The notes below the pieces were generated by a model. That model searched no databases and had not been told where the DNA came from. It worked only from the letters and a program-made list of their open reading frames with translations. Both the position numbers and the translations under genes were made by a program. Below, one piece after another: positions 39,587-48,064 of a stretch of DNA of 50,503 nt (position 1 is its first letter; each line of letters opens with the position of its first letter). The stretch is from a bacterium (GTDB lineage Bacteria; Patescibacteriota; JACMRA01): assembly GCA_043764315.1 (NCBI GenBank), contig JAYUKQ010000071.1, positions 1-50,503 of the forward strand, written 5' to 3'.

Positions 39587-40765
39587 ATGTCTACATTTAG
39601 TATTTCAAAGAATCAAATTCAACCAAAAATTTCTCTCTGTAATCAAATTTGCTCCAAAAAAGATCCAGTTGAAGTCTATACTCACGTTAAAGTTGAGATA
39701 CAGTCAGGGATTTTGTTTTTGTCAGCTCTTAATTCAAGCCTTTTTTATCAAACTTCTTTGACACTTCAGACTTCCACTTCAGATTGTGTTTTTGCAATCA
39801 AAACTGATATGCTAAGTAGTGCAATTGATCTAATTGACGCCGATGATATGAATTTTCAATTTGATGAAGCCAAACAAACCCTTATTATCAAAGGCAAAAA
39901 AGCCAAGCACACATTAAGAACCAATAATAATCTTAGTAACGATTTTGTAAGTCCCAATCCTAGTGAAGAAGCCAAGCAAGCTGAACTTAATATCAACTGT
40001 GATCAACTAAAAGTAGCAGTTCAAGCCGCAATGATTTCTGTTGGTAATCCCAAAAATACCTACCAACCAGAGTTTTGTAATGTGTGTTTTTCGACTAATA
40101 ATCAAGCTAATAATTTGGCAGTGGTTTCTACAGATAGATTCAGAATCACGCGAGTTGTACCAGAATTTACCAGTTTAACTTTTAACAAATCCAATAGTAA
40201 CTATAAGGAAGGTCAAATGAATTTTTTGTTACCTCCAAAGAGTCTAAAACTAGCCTTGAGTGCAATTGAAGATAATACAGAAGCCAAAATTGAATTTGAA
40301 AATGATTTTGTATGGATCAAATCTGGTTCAACTACTTTAACTCTAAGTTATGGACAAGGTAATTTTCCTGATTATAATCGTATTATTCCCGAGTCTTTCT
40401 CATGTAATTTTTTGATTCAACCCAAAGAGTTTGTTTCAGCTCTAAGGCAAGTATCATTAATTGGCAACTTAGACACCATCAACAAGAAGGTTAAGATGCA
40501 AGTTAATCCCAACAACATGGAAATCAAACTAGTTTCAGACAGTACCAACGGAGAATCCAGCGAAGCCATCGTTAATCTTGTTGGCTACAATGGAATTATG
40601 GAAAATTGGGATCAGTCATTTAACGCTGGTTATCTCATTGACTACTTAAGCGCTACTAATCATGAGGAAATAATGTGGGAAGCTAACCCAGGTAAACCTT
40701 CAATCCTCTCTCCAAAAGATCACAAAAACTATGAGTTATACTTGGTTTCTGGACTAAAGTCATAG
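39587..40765 (+). CDS. dnaN: DNA polymerase III beta sliding clamp
   Basis: Three-domain length. STDRFRITRV (the D.hRL motif), FPDYNRIIP and a C-terminal LVSGLK-type end. ATG 39587 is preferred over TTG 39551, which is itself a TTGACA box. Confidence 0.88.
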   Translation: MSTFSISKNQIQPKISLCNQICSKKDPVEVYTHVKVEIQSGILFLSALNSSLFYQTSLTLQTSTSDCVFAIKTDMLSSAIDLIDADDMNFQFDEAKQTLIIKGKKAKHTLRTNNNLSNDFVSPNPSEEAKQAELNINCDQLKVAVQAAMISVGNPKNTYQPEFCNVCFSTNNQANNLAVVSTDRFRITRVVPEFTSLTFNKSNSNYKEGQMNFLLPPKSLKLALSAIEDNTEAKIEFENDFVWIKSGSTTLTLSYGQGNFPDYNRIIPESFSCNFLIQPKEFVSALRQVSLIGNLDTINKKVKMQVNPNNMEIKLVSDSTNGESSEAIVNLVGYNGIMENWDQSFNAGYLIDYLSATNHEEIMWEANPGKPSILSPKDHKNYELYLVSGLKS

Positions 40766-40792
40766 TAAATTAAAATACAAACTAACCTCAAC

Positions 40793-41419
40793 ATGGAAAC
40801 AAAAACCACTTGGCAAAAACAACTATTCAAATCAAATCAATTACTTCACTGGTTAGAAATTCCATTAGTTTATATATCCTTAGTTTGGTTCGTGTATTTT
40901 GGAATAACTCTAGAAAACATTTGTATTACAGGAGTTTGTCGATCTCACCCACTAATTCAAGGTAACCTGTACAATACTGCAATTGCTTATATAATACCAG
41001 TCTTGGCTTCTGTAGGGATACTTAGATTAGCCATTAACTATAGCATAACTAGTAGTGACAATCGCAAGAGTCAATCATTTTATTTGGGTTTACTTTTTTT
41101 GGTAGCAAGTTATATTAATTTGGCTATTTTTTCTAAAGAGTTTATTTTTTTCAATAATAAAAATGAGGTTCAAGTAGATTCAATTTATCTATTGTACGAA
41201 CTTGGGTTTTTGTCATTGGCTTCAATAATATTACTTAGAGACAAAAAAGTTTGGGATCTTTTGACTTTTTTCGGTAAAATACGATTGTTCTATTATCTAT
41301 TTGCAGTCGTTATTATGATAATCAATTTGAATTTGGGTGTGTTAATATTTTTTATTTTGACACCAGTTATGTTGTACATAGATAGATTCAAAGATGCACA
41401 CACTAGCTGGGATAATTAA
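40793..41419 (+). CDS. hypothetical polytopic membrane protein
   Basis: 208 aa with about 6 hydrophobic helices. Confidence 0.6.
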   Translation: METKTTWQKQLFKSNQLLHWLEIPLVYISLVWFVYFGITLENICITGVCRSHPLIQGNLYNTAIAYIIPVLASVGILRLAINYSITSSDNRKSQSFYLGLLFLVASYINLAIFSKEFIFFNNKNEVQVDSIYLLYELGFLSLASIILLRDKKVWDLLTFFGKIRLFYYLFAVVIMIINLNLGVLIFFILTPVMLYIDRFKDAHTSWDN

Positions 41420-41447
41420 TATTTCAAAAAATAATACTTCAAAAAAC

Positions 41448-41849
41448 TTACCTACAAAAACTAGTAGTATCAACTTTTTTGGTATCACTTTGAGTGGTTA
41501 GGCAATTAATCCATTTTTGCCAAATATCAACACTTGAATCAAATTTGTCTTGATTCACTAGCTGACCTTGATCAAAAGCAGTAAAGTCCATTACTTCTTC
41601 TCCATTTTGGCGATAATTAGATTTCTTGATAATTTTATCTTTGTATAAATCTAAAGATTCGTATGTATTTTGATTTTTTAAACTAGTGACATGTTGTTGC
41701 AAATTTTCTGCGTAGACTTTAAGCTTGAGACTGGTTTTTTGAATCTTAAAATTCTCCAGCGCATAAAAACAATTAAACAAAACTAAAAGAACTATAAAGG
41801 CGTGTAATGTGAATTGAAAATTAGATTTCAACCATAACTTTTGGTACAT
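41448..41849 (-). CDS. hypothetical single-pass protein, possibly FtsB/DivIC-like septum formation initiator
   Basis: TM helix followed by a coiled-coil (LKVYAENLQQHVTSLKNQN) and a ..NYRQNGEEV segment, as in the DivIC family. ATG 41849 is preferred, with a TTGACA box 39 nt upstream. Confidence 0.4.
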   Translation of the reverse strand: MYQKLWLKSNFQFTLHAFIVLLVLFNCFYALENFKIQKTSLKLKVYAENLQQHVTSLKNQNTYESLDLYKDKIIKKSNYRQNGEEVMDFTAFDQGQLVNQDKFDSSVDIWQKWINCLTTQSDTKKVDTTSFCR

Positions 41850-41949
41850 ATATACTTCATATTGCTTTTTAATTAAGTATCTTGTCAAATTAAATTTGTC
41901 GCTAAAAATTATTGACAATCATATTTTTCTCCTTCAGCATGTACATAGT

Positions 41950-42390
41950 ATGTCTAAAATATTTATTGCTTATTCTAGTATCGGTGGTAATACCGAACTG
42001 ACAGTTCAAAAACTTGTAGAACTAATCAAAGATAGATCTGAAGTCACTTTGAAAAGAGTTGATATTGCAAATGCGGAGGATATAAATAACGCTGACTGTG
42101 TGGTTTTGGCAAGTCCAACTTACGGACAAGGTAGTTTAGAAGTTCATTTTGAAACTTACCTCAAACTAATCAAAAGCTTGATTAAAGACAAAAAATTTGC
42201 AGTTATTGGGCTCGGTGACAGTAAATACTATCCAGAGTACCTAACTGAATCAGGTGTAATACTTGAAGAATTCATCAAACAAAATGGTGGACACATAGTT
42301 CAACCAGCTCTTAGAATCGGTATGCCGCCAATCAAATTCATCGACAAATTAGTTCCAAGATGGGCTGAAAACCTGCTAACAAAAATATAA
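41950..42390 (+). CDS. flavodoxin
   Basis: The MSKIFIAYSSIGGNTE FMN-phosphate loop, SPTYGQG and IGLGDSKYYPEY motifs. Confidence 0.85.
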   Translation: MSKIFIAYSSIGGNTELTVQKLVELIKDRSEVTLKRVDIANAEDINNADCVVLASPTYGQGSLEVHFETYLKLIKSLIKDKKFAVIGLGDSKYYPEYLTESGVILEEFIKQNGGHIVQPALRIGMPPIKFIDKLVPRWAENLLTKI

Positions 42391-42391
42391 C

Positions 42392-43054
42392 ATGGAAAAC
42401 ATATCTCAACCAAAACAGCCACTACCCAGATCCAAAACAAGTAATCTTAATACTAAAAAAAAACCCGCTCCAAAAGCTGTAGAAAAAGAAGTTATAACCC
42501 AAACTGTTTCAAACCTTCCAATTAAAAAGTTAAATAATTACGCATTTATCGATTGTCAAAATCTATGGACTAACAAAGACAAATCATGGCACCTCGATTG
42601 GTCAAAATTCAGAACTTATTTACTTAATGATTGCCAAGTACAAAGAGCCTATCTATTCATAGGTTTTGTCAGCGGTTATCAAAAAATGTATCAACAGATG
42701 CAAGAGGCTGGATTCATACTCATATTCAAACCAATCCAAGAAAATAACGGACGAATTAGCTGTAACATTGATACCGAAATGGTTCTACAAACAATGATTC
42801 AATATAATAATTTTGATAAAGGTGTGATTATATCTGGCGATGGAGACTTTACTTGCTTAGTTGATCATCTACGAATTCATGACAAACTAGAAATGCTTAT
42901 TTTGCCAGATCACAGCTATTCATTATCTCTCGAAAAATGCTCTCGAGAAAGACACGTTTTTATATCTGAACTCAAAAACCGAATTAGTAAAGATAATATT
43001 TCACCAACGAGTCATGAAGATCTTAGCTTAATGCCAATGATAATTTCTGAATAG
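42392..43054 (+). CDS. NYN-domain (LabA-like) putative RNase
   Basis: YAFIDCQNLW (first acidic motif) and IISGDGDFTCLVDHL (GDGD motif), after a basic low-complexity N-terminus. Confidence 0.8.
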   Translation: MENISQPKQPLPRSKTSNLNTKKKPAPKAVEKEVITQTVSNLPIKKLNNYAFIDCQNLWTNKDKSWHLDWSKFRTYLLNDCQVQRAYLFIGFVSGYQKMYQQMQEAGFILIFKPIQENNGRISCNIDTEMVLQTMIQYNNFDKGVIISGDGDFTCLVDHLRIHDKLEMLILPDHSYSLSLEKCSRERHVFISELKNRISKDNISPTSHEDLSLMPMIISE

Positions 43055-43127
43055 TAAAATTCCCAAACAAACAACACTAAAATTTTAACTCTTGACATTT
43101 AACCTTATTTAACCTCTCTTTTGTATT

Positions 43128-44027
43128 ATGTCTAATCTAAACAATCTACTATCTAAAGCTGATAATTATCTCAAATTTGAATCCAAAAATAAACACACCT
43201 GGTGCAGCGGTTGTGGTAACTACGGTATTATTGCCGCTATGAAAAGAGCCTTGACCCTACAAGATCTACAACCTCACCAAGTCCAAATGTGTTACGATGT
43301 TGGTTGTAATGGTAATGAATCTGACAAGTTCAACGCTAATACAATTCATGGCTTACACGGTCGTGTACTACCACTAGCTACAGGTTGCCACTTAGCCAAT
43401 CCAAAACTCAAAGTGATTGCTCAAGCTGGTGATGGTTCAACACTATCTGAAGGGATTAATCATTTGGTTCATGCTGTAAGATGTAATTACAATTTTACTT
43501 TTGTACTTCACAATAACTCTATCTACGGCTTAACTATAGGACAAGCCTCTTCTACCACCAGAGAAAAACAAAAAGCCCCAGGAACACCCAACGAAACAGT
43601 AATTCCAACATTGAATATTTTGGATTTTATTTTGTCTTTGAAGCCAACTTTTGTGGCACGATCTTTTTCTAGTAATGTCGATCATCTGTCAGAAATGATC
43701 CAAGCTGGACTTAATCATGAAGGTTTTTCGTTCATTGAAGTTATGCAAGCTTGTCCGACTTTTAACAAAGCTACACCACAAGAATGGTACTGGGACAAAT
43801 TACTTGACGTTGCAACCCTTCCCGACTATGACAAGACCGACATCTGGCAAGCTCGCCGAATTGTTCAAAACACTGAAGATGAACTAGCTGTTGGAATTAT
43901 CTACCACAGCCCACGACCAACCTTTGAATCACTCCAGACCAATCGCCAAAGTTACACAACAACCTTAGTTGAAGAAACCAAAGAATTTGACATAAGCCCA
44001 CTTCTAAAGCAATTCCAGTTAGCCTAA
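43128..44027 (+). CDS. 2-oxoacid:ferredoxin oxidoreductase beta (TPP-binding) subunit
   Basis: WCSGCGNYGI Cys motif, the GDGS...NN..YGLT TPP-binding motif, and FIEV.QACPTFN. Confidence 0.85.
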   Translation: MSNLNNLLSKADNYLKFESKNKHTWCSGCGNYGIIAAMKRALTLQDLQPHQVQMCYDVGCNGNESDKFNANTIHGLHGRVLPLATGCHLANPKLKVIAQAGDGSTLSEGINHLVHAVRCNYNFTFVLHNNSIYGLTIGQASSTTREKQKAPGTPNETVIPTLNILDFILSLKPTFVARSFSSNVDHLSEMIQAGLNHEGFSFIEVMQACPTFNKATPQEWYWDKLLDVATLPDYDKTDIWQARRIVQNTEDELAVGIIYHSPRPTFESLQTNRQSYTTTLVEETKEFDISPLLKQFQLA

Positions 44028-44186
44028 AAAAAGTAAGGTAAAACAGAGAAATTAAAGAATTAAAAATTACCTTAGAAAACTAGGGTTTATTTTTTTGGTT
44101 AAGAATTGTTATTTCTTCCATAGTCTGGAATGTAAATTAGTTTTGAACTGTCATTAGTAAAATGGATATAGGTACAAATTCAAAAT

Positions 44187-45041
44187 CTATCTCAATCCTT
44201 GCAGTTTAATCAAATTCCAAAAGAGACACAAAACCGTCAGTGGACCGACTCCTCCAGGACTTGGACAGAGATAAACAGATTCATCCAAATTCTCAATATC
44301 CACATCACCAACTAAAACTCCATTACTATTACTAGTTGCAACGTCAATTACAATACAATTTGTTTTGAGCCAATTGCTTGTAACTAACTTTGGAACACCT
44401 GCACCGCTAAGTACAATGTCAGCCAACTTAACTAATTCAGCTGGATTTGGAGTTTCTTTGTTGATAGTCAAAATAGTTGCTCCTCGATCAAGTAAATAAC
44501 GAATCAAAGGTTTACCAACCAACACTCCCTGCCCGATTACAGCCACTTTGAAACCACTCAAATCTAGCTGATAATTCAAAATTAACTCAACAGAACTCAA
44601 ATCATCTTTGAGCAAATTCTTATCTTTCATCATCAGCTTTAGAACTAGATCCACAGCTTGTACTGTCGGTGGCAAAAATCCTTCCTGCCAAAGCTTTTCA
44701 AGCTGATCACCAAGCATATCTACATCACACTTATACGGTACACTTCTCATCATTGACCAAAAATTATCGGGAATTGGCAGTTGAAAAATCAAACCTTGAT
44801 TGGAGTCAAAAATAGTATTCAAACTAAGCTTAGGCAAAATAAACTCTTCTTCAAAGTGCAAATGATTAACTTCCAAACCAAGATTCAAACCAATTTTTTT
44901 CTTCAAGTTAACGTAACGAGTGGAAGATAGATTATTACCAATTTGGACAATGTTTAGCACTGGTAACTTTGATAATTTGGGAATCTCACTTTGTAAAAAA
45001 GCTAGCAATTCAGTTTTTAATTTTTGATTCTGGAATAACAT
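44187..45041 (-). CDS. folD: bifunctional methylenetetrahydrofolate dehydrogenase/cyclohydrolase
   Basis: VQIGNNLSSTRYVNLKKK, the VIGQGVLVGKP Rossmann motif and PSPGGVGPLTV motif. Confidence 0.9.
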   Translation of the reverse strand: MLFQNQKLKTELLAFLQSEIPKLSKLPVLNIVQIGNNLSSTRYVNLKKKIGLNLGLEVNHLHFEEEFILPKLSLNTIFDSNQGLIFQLPIPDNFWSMMRSVPYKCDVDMLGDQLEKLWQEGFLPPTVQAVDLVLKLMMKDKNLLKDDLSSVELILNYQLDLSGFKVAVIGQGVLVGKPLIRYLLDRGATILTINKETPNPAELVKLADIVLSGAGVPKLVTSNWLKTNCIVIDVATSNSNGVLVGDVDIENLDESVYLCPSPGGVGPLTVLCLFWNLIKLQGLR

Positions 45042-45051
45042 ACACGATTCA

Positions 45052-48045
45052 TTATATTTTTGATTTTAGCTTTTTATCCACCATTTTGTCCATTACTCGT
45101 AGTAGATATTCTTGAAAATCGATATTCTCGGAATAATTATTCAGTAGCTGCATGTGCGATTCCACACCCGAATACATTTTTTCATCCAAAAGCTTTTTGA
45201 AAGTTAATTTGCGGTTGTGTTTGTCAGCATCTTGCAAAGATTCTTTTTTGGTAGGGTCGCTCGCTATTTCATTGGTGATATTGAGTAAAATCTGCTTGAC
45301 TTTGTCTTCGTCGCTAAAATCAGTCCCAAATCTAGTGTTAAAATCACTCACAATATTTGCTAGTATATCTTTTTCACTTTCAGATTTTTGCCCTGTAGAA
45401 GAGCTTGGAACTGGATTGAGTTCGTCTGATTCTGATAGGCTAATACGAGCGTTAGAGGTGATCTTTTGGTTGCGATACGAGTCAAAATCCACTGACTCTA
45501 GAACATCTTGACTAAGAGTGTCTTCCTTGGTTCCTTCTCCAATAACCTTCTTACTCAACACTTTCAAGAATTGGTGTAATTCCTCAAAAATTGGCTCGTC
45601 AAAAGTGATAATTTGGGATATAAAAGCATAAAACTTGGTGAATAACTTGGCTTTGTTTTTGAATTCGTCGATTTGATCGAGTGGGAGTTTTTTGAGATTT
45701 TCAACAACTGTGTCCATCAAAGCGTGCAATTTTTGTGTTTCTATTCCACTTAATAAGTCTGTTGCAAACTTATGTACCACTAACTCTGTATAGACTCCAA
45801 AATTATCCAGTTGATCCTTGAGATCGTGTAGCCTATTGGGATCGCTTCCAGCTGATAAAACAGTGGTTTGATAGTATGGTTCAAAAGCAGTTTTGATATC
45901 ATCCTCGGTGTTGTAGAAATCTAATACAAAGGTACTTTCTTTGTCCTTGTGAACACGATTGAGCCTTGACAAGGTCTGAACTGCACCCACACCTCCTAGC
46001 TTTTTGTCTACATACATAGTCTGCAAAAGTGGCTGGTCAAAACCTGTCTGATACTTGTTAGCACAGACCAAAAACTGATAATTACCACTCTCAAATTGAT
46101 CAGGAATTTTGGAGGAAGAGAATTGGTTGAGCTTGGATTCGTTCCAGTCCGTTCCGTCTAAACTAACATCCCCACTAAAAGCCGTGATCACATGTAACGG
46201 ATAGTCATTTTCTCGAATGATTTTATTAAAGGCAAAATGGTATTTGACCGCGTTAAGGCGACTGCCACAGACAACCATAGCTTTGGCCCGTCCACCCACC
46301 AGACCCTTGAGATAGACCTGGGAGTAAAAATGACTAAGCATCGTTTGGGCTTTGGTCTCGATAGTGTGACTATTACTCTCCACGAATTTTTTCATCTGAC
46401 TGTTGGCTTTTTTTTTGTCGTATTGGGTGTCATTATTATCCACCACACTTAAGGCATAGTAACTATTGTAAGTAGTGTAATTACTAAGTACATCCAAGAT
46501 AAAACCTTCCTCAATAGCTTGTTTCATCGTATAACTGTCAAAAGCCACAAACTTCCCGTCATCTATTCTTGTGCCAAAAAGCTCCAAGGTTTTGTTCTTG
46601 GGGGTAGCCGTAAAAGCAAAGTAACTAGCATTGGCAAGCATCCTACGACTCTGCAAGGTTTCCAAAACTAATTCTTCGGTGGTGATTTCATCTTCAAACA
46701 ACTCCCCATCCAAAAGCTCGGATTTGATTGTCCTATTCATCTTGGAGATAGTTTCACCGCTGGTGCTAGAATGAGCTTCGTCAATAATTATTGCAAACTT
46801 TTTGGAACCAAGCTCAGTTTTAATACCTTGTTTTTCAAGTTCTTCTATGATATCAATTACTACTGGGAATTTTTGGATGGTGGTGATAATGATTCGTTTA
46901 CCATCTTCCAGAGCTTGTTTGAGCTGCTTGCTACCGTCGGTGATAGTTTCTACCAGTCCATTAGTATGTTCAAATCCCATAATATTATCCCTCAATTGTC
47001 GATCCAAAACCTGTCGATCTGTAATGATCAGAACACTATCAAAAATGTTAGTAGCTCCATCATCTAGGAACAATTTGGCGAGTTGATGTGCCAACCAAGC
47101 GATACTGTTGCTCTTGCCAGAACCTGCACTGTGTTGAATCAAAAACTTTTGTCCTGTGCCTTTGGTTTTGGATTCTAGTAGCAACTTATTGACGACTTGA
47201 AGTTGATGATAACGTGGGAATATCAACTTACGAACAACTTTATCTTTTTTGGTCTCAACTAACAATTGTACAAAATCACTTATCAACTTACTCAAACTTT
47301 GCTTGGTCAAAATTTCTTTCCATAGATAATCTGTCCTGATACCATCGACTGTCGGTGGATTACCCGCTCCACCATTATGACCTTTGTTAAACGGCAAAAA
47401 CCAAGTCTTGTCATCCTCTAGCCGTGTAGTCATATACACCTGCTCGGTATCTACTGCAAAATGTACCAAACACCTCTCAAACTTAAACAGCTCTTCACGG
47501 CTGCTGCGATCGTGCTTGTATTGATTAATTGCATCTTTGACATTTTGCCCTGTGAGTAGATTCTTGAGTTCTAGCGTTGCGATAGGAAGTCCGTTAACCA
47601 AGATTACCATATCCAGTGAGTTCTTGTGCTTGTCACTATAATACACCTGCCGAGCTACTACAAAACTATTACAATTCCACAATTTTTCTAACTCTGGATT
47701 AAAATTACTATTGGGTACAAAATACATTATGCGAAGACTACAATTACGATCTTTGACACCTTTGCGAAGGACATGCAAAACTCCTTTTTCTCGAATTTCT
47801 TTTTGGAGTCGTTCCAAGAATCGCTTTTGATAATCGCTACCATAATTAGCTTTTAACTTCTCCATTTCTAGTTGTTGGCTGGATTCCAAGAACTCAAACA
47901 GTGCCACGGTATCAATAACCTCTTTGCGGTCGTAATGCCCAGAATGCTCTCCAGAGTAGTACTTTTGGTCAAAGCCATTGTTATCAGTTAGGTAATTGGT
48001 GATTAGCTCCTCAAAGCCGATTTCGCGAGTGTTAGTTGTTGGCAT
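45052..48045 (-). CDS. hsdR: Type I restriction enzyme R subunit (HsdR)
   Basis: N-terminal PD-(D/E)xK region (DMVILVNGLPIATLELKN), SF2 motor motifs QHSAGSGKSN (Walker A), IIIDEAHSS (DEAH) and QTLSRLNR, over 997 aa. Confidence 0.95.
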   Translation of the reverse strand: MPTTNTREIGFEELITNYLTDNNGFDQKYYSGEHSGHYDRKEVIDTVALFEFLESSQQLEMEKLKANYGSDYQKRFLERLQKEIREKGVLHVLRKGVKDRNCSLRIMYFVPNSNFNPELEKLWNCNSFVVARQVYYSDKHKNSLDMVILVNGLPIATLELKNLLTGQNVKDAINQYKHDRSSREELFKFERCLVHFAVDTEQVYMTTRLEDDKTWFLPFNKGHNGGAGNPPTVDGIRTDYLWKEILTKQSLSKLISDFVQLLVETKKDKVVRKLIFPRYHQLQVVNKLLLESKTKGTGQKFLIQHSAGSGKSNSIAWLAHQLAKLFLDDGATNIFDSVLIITDRQVLDRQLRDNIMGFEHTNGLVETITDGSKQLKQALEDGKRIIITTIQKFPVVIDIIEELEKQGIKTELGSKKFAIIIDEAHSSTSGETISKMNRTIKSELLDGELFEDEITTEELVLETLQSRRMLANASYFAFTATPKNKTLELFGTRIDDGKFVAFDSYTMKQAIEEGFILDVLSNYTTYNSYYALSVVDNNDTQYDKKKANSQMKKFVESNSHTIETKAQTMLSHFYSQVYLKGLVGGRAKAMVVCGSRLNAVKYHFAFNKIIRENDYPLHVITAFSGDVSLDGTDWNESKLNQFSSSKIPDQFESGNYQFLVCANKYQTGFDQPLLQTMYVDKKLGGVGAVQTLSRLNRVHKDKESTFVLDFYNTEDDIKTAFEPYYQTTVLSAGSDPNRLHDLKDQLDNFGVYTELVVHKFATDLLSGIETQKLHALMDTVVENLKKLPLDQIDEFKNKAKLFTKFYAFISQIITFDEPIFEELHQFLKVLSKKVIGEGTKEDTLSQDVLESVDFDSYRNQKITSNARISLSESDELNPVPSSSTGQKSESEKDILANIVSDFNTRFGTDFSDEDKVKQILLNITNEIASDPTKKESLQDADKHNRKLTFKKLLDEKMYSGVESHMQLLNNYSENIDFQEYLLRVMDKMVDKKLKSKI

Positions 48046-48064
48046 AAATTGTAGATATATAAAA

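Noticed and set aside
44028-44186. Possible bidirectional terminator between the convergent OFOR-beta and folD genes (taaggtaa ... ttacctta)
   Set aside because: The arms are separated by a loop of about 27 nt and the following T-tract is interrupted, so this is not a convincing intrinsic terminator.
45152-47086. Plus-strand ORFs inside hsdR (45152..45511, 46237..46452, 46771..47067, 46802..47086), and similar antisense ORFs inside other long genes
   Set aside because: They are antisense shadows of a well-supported 997-aa HsdR ORF.
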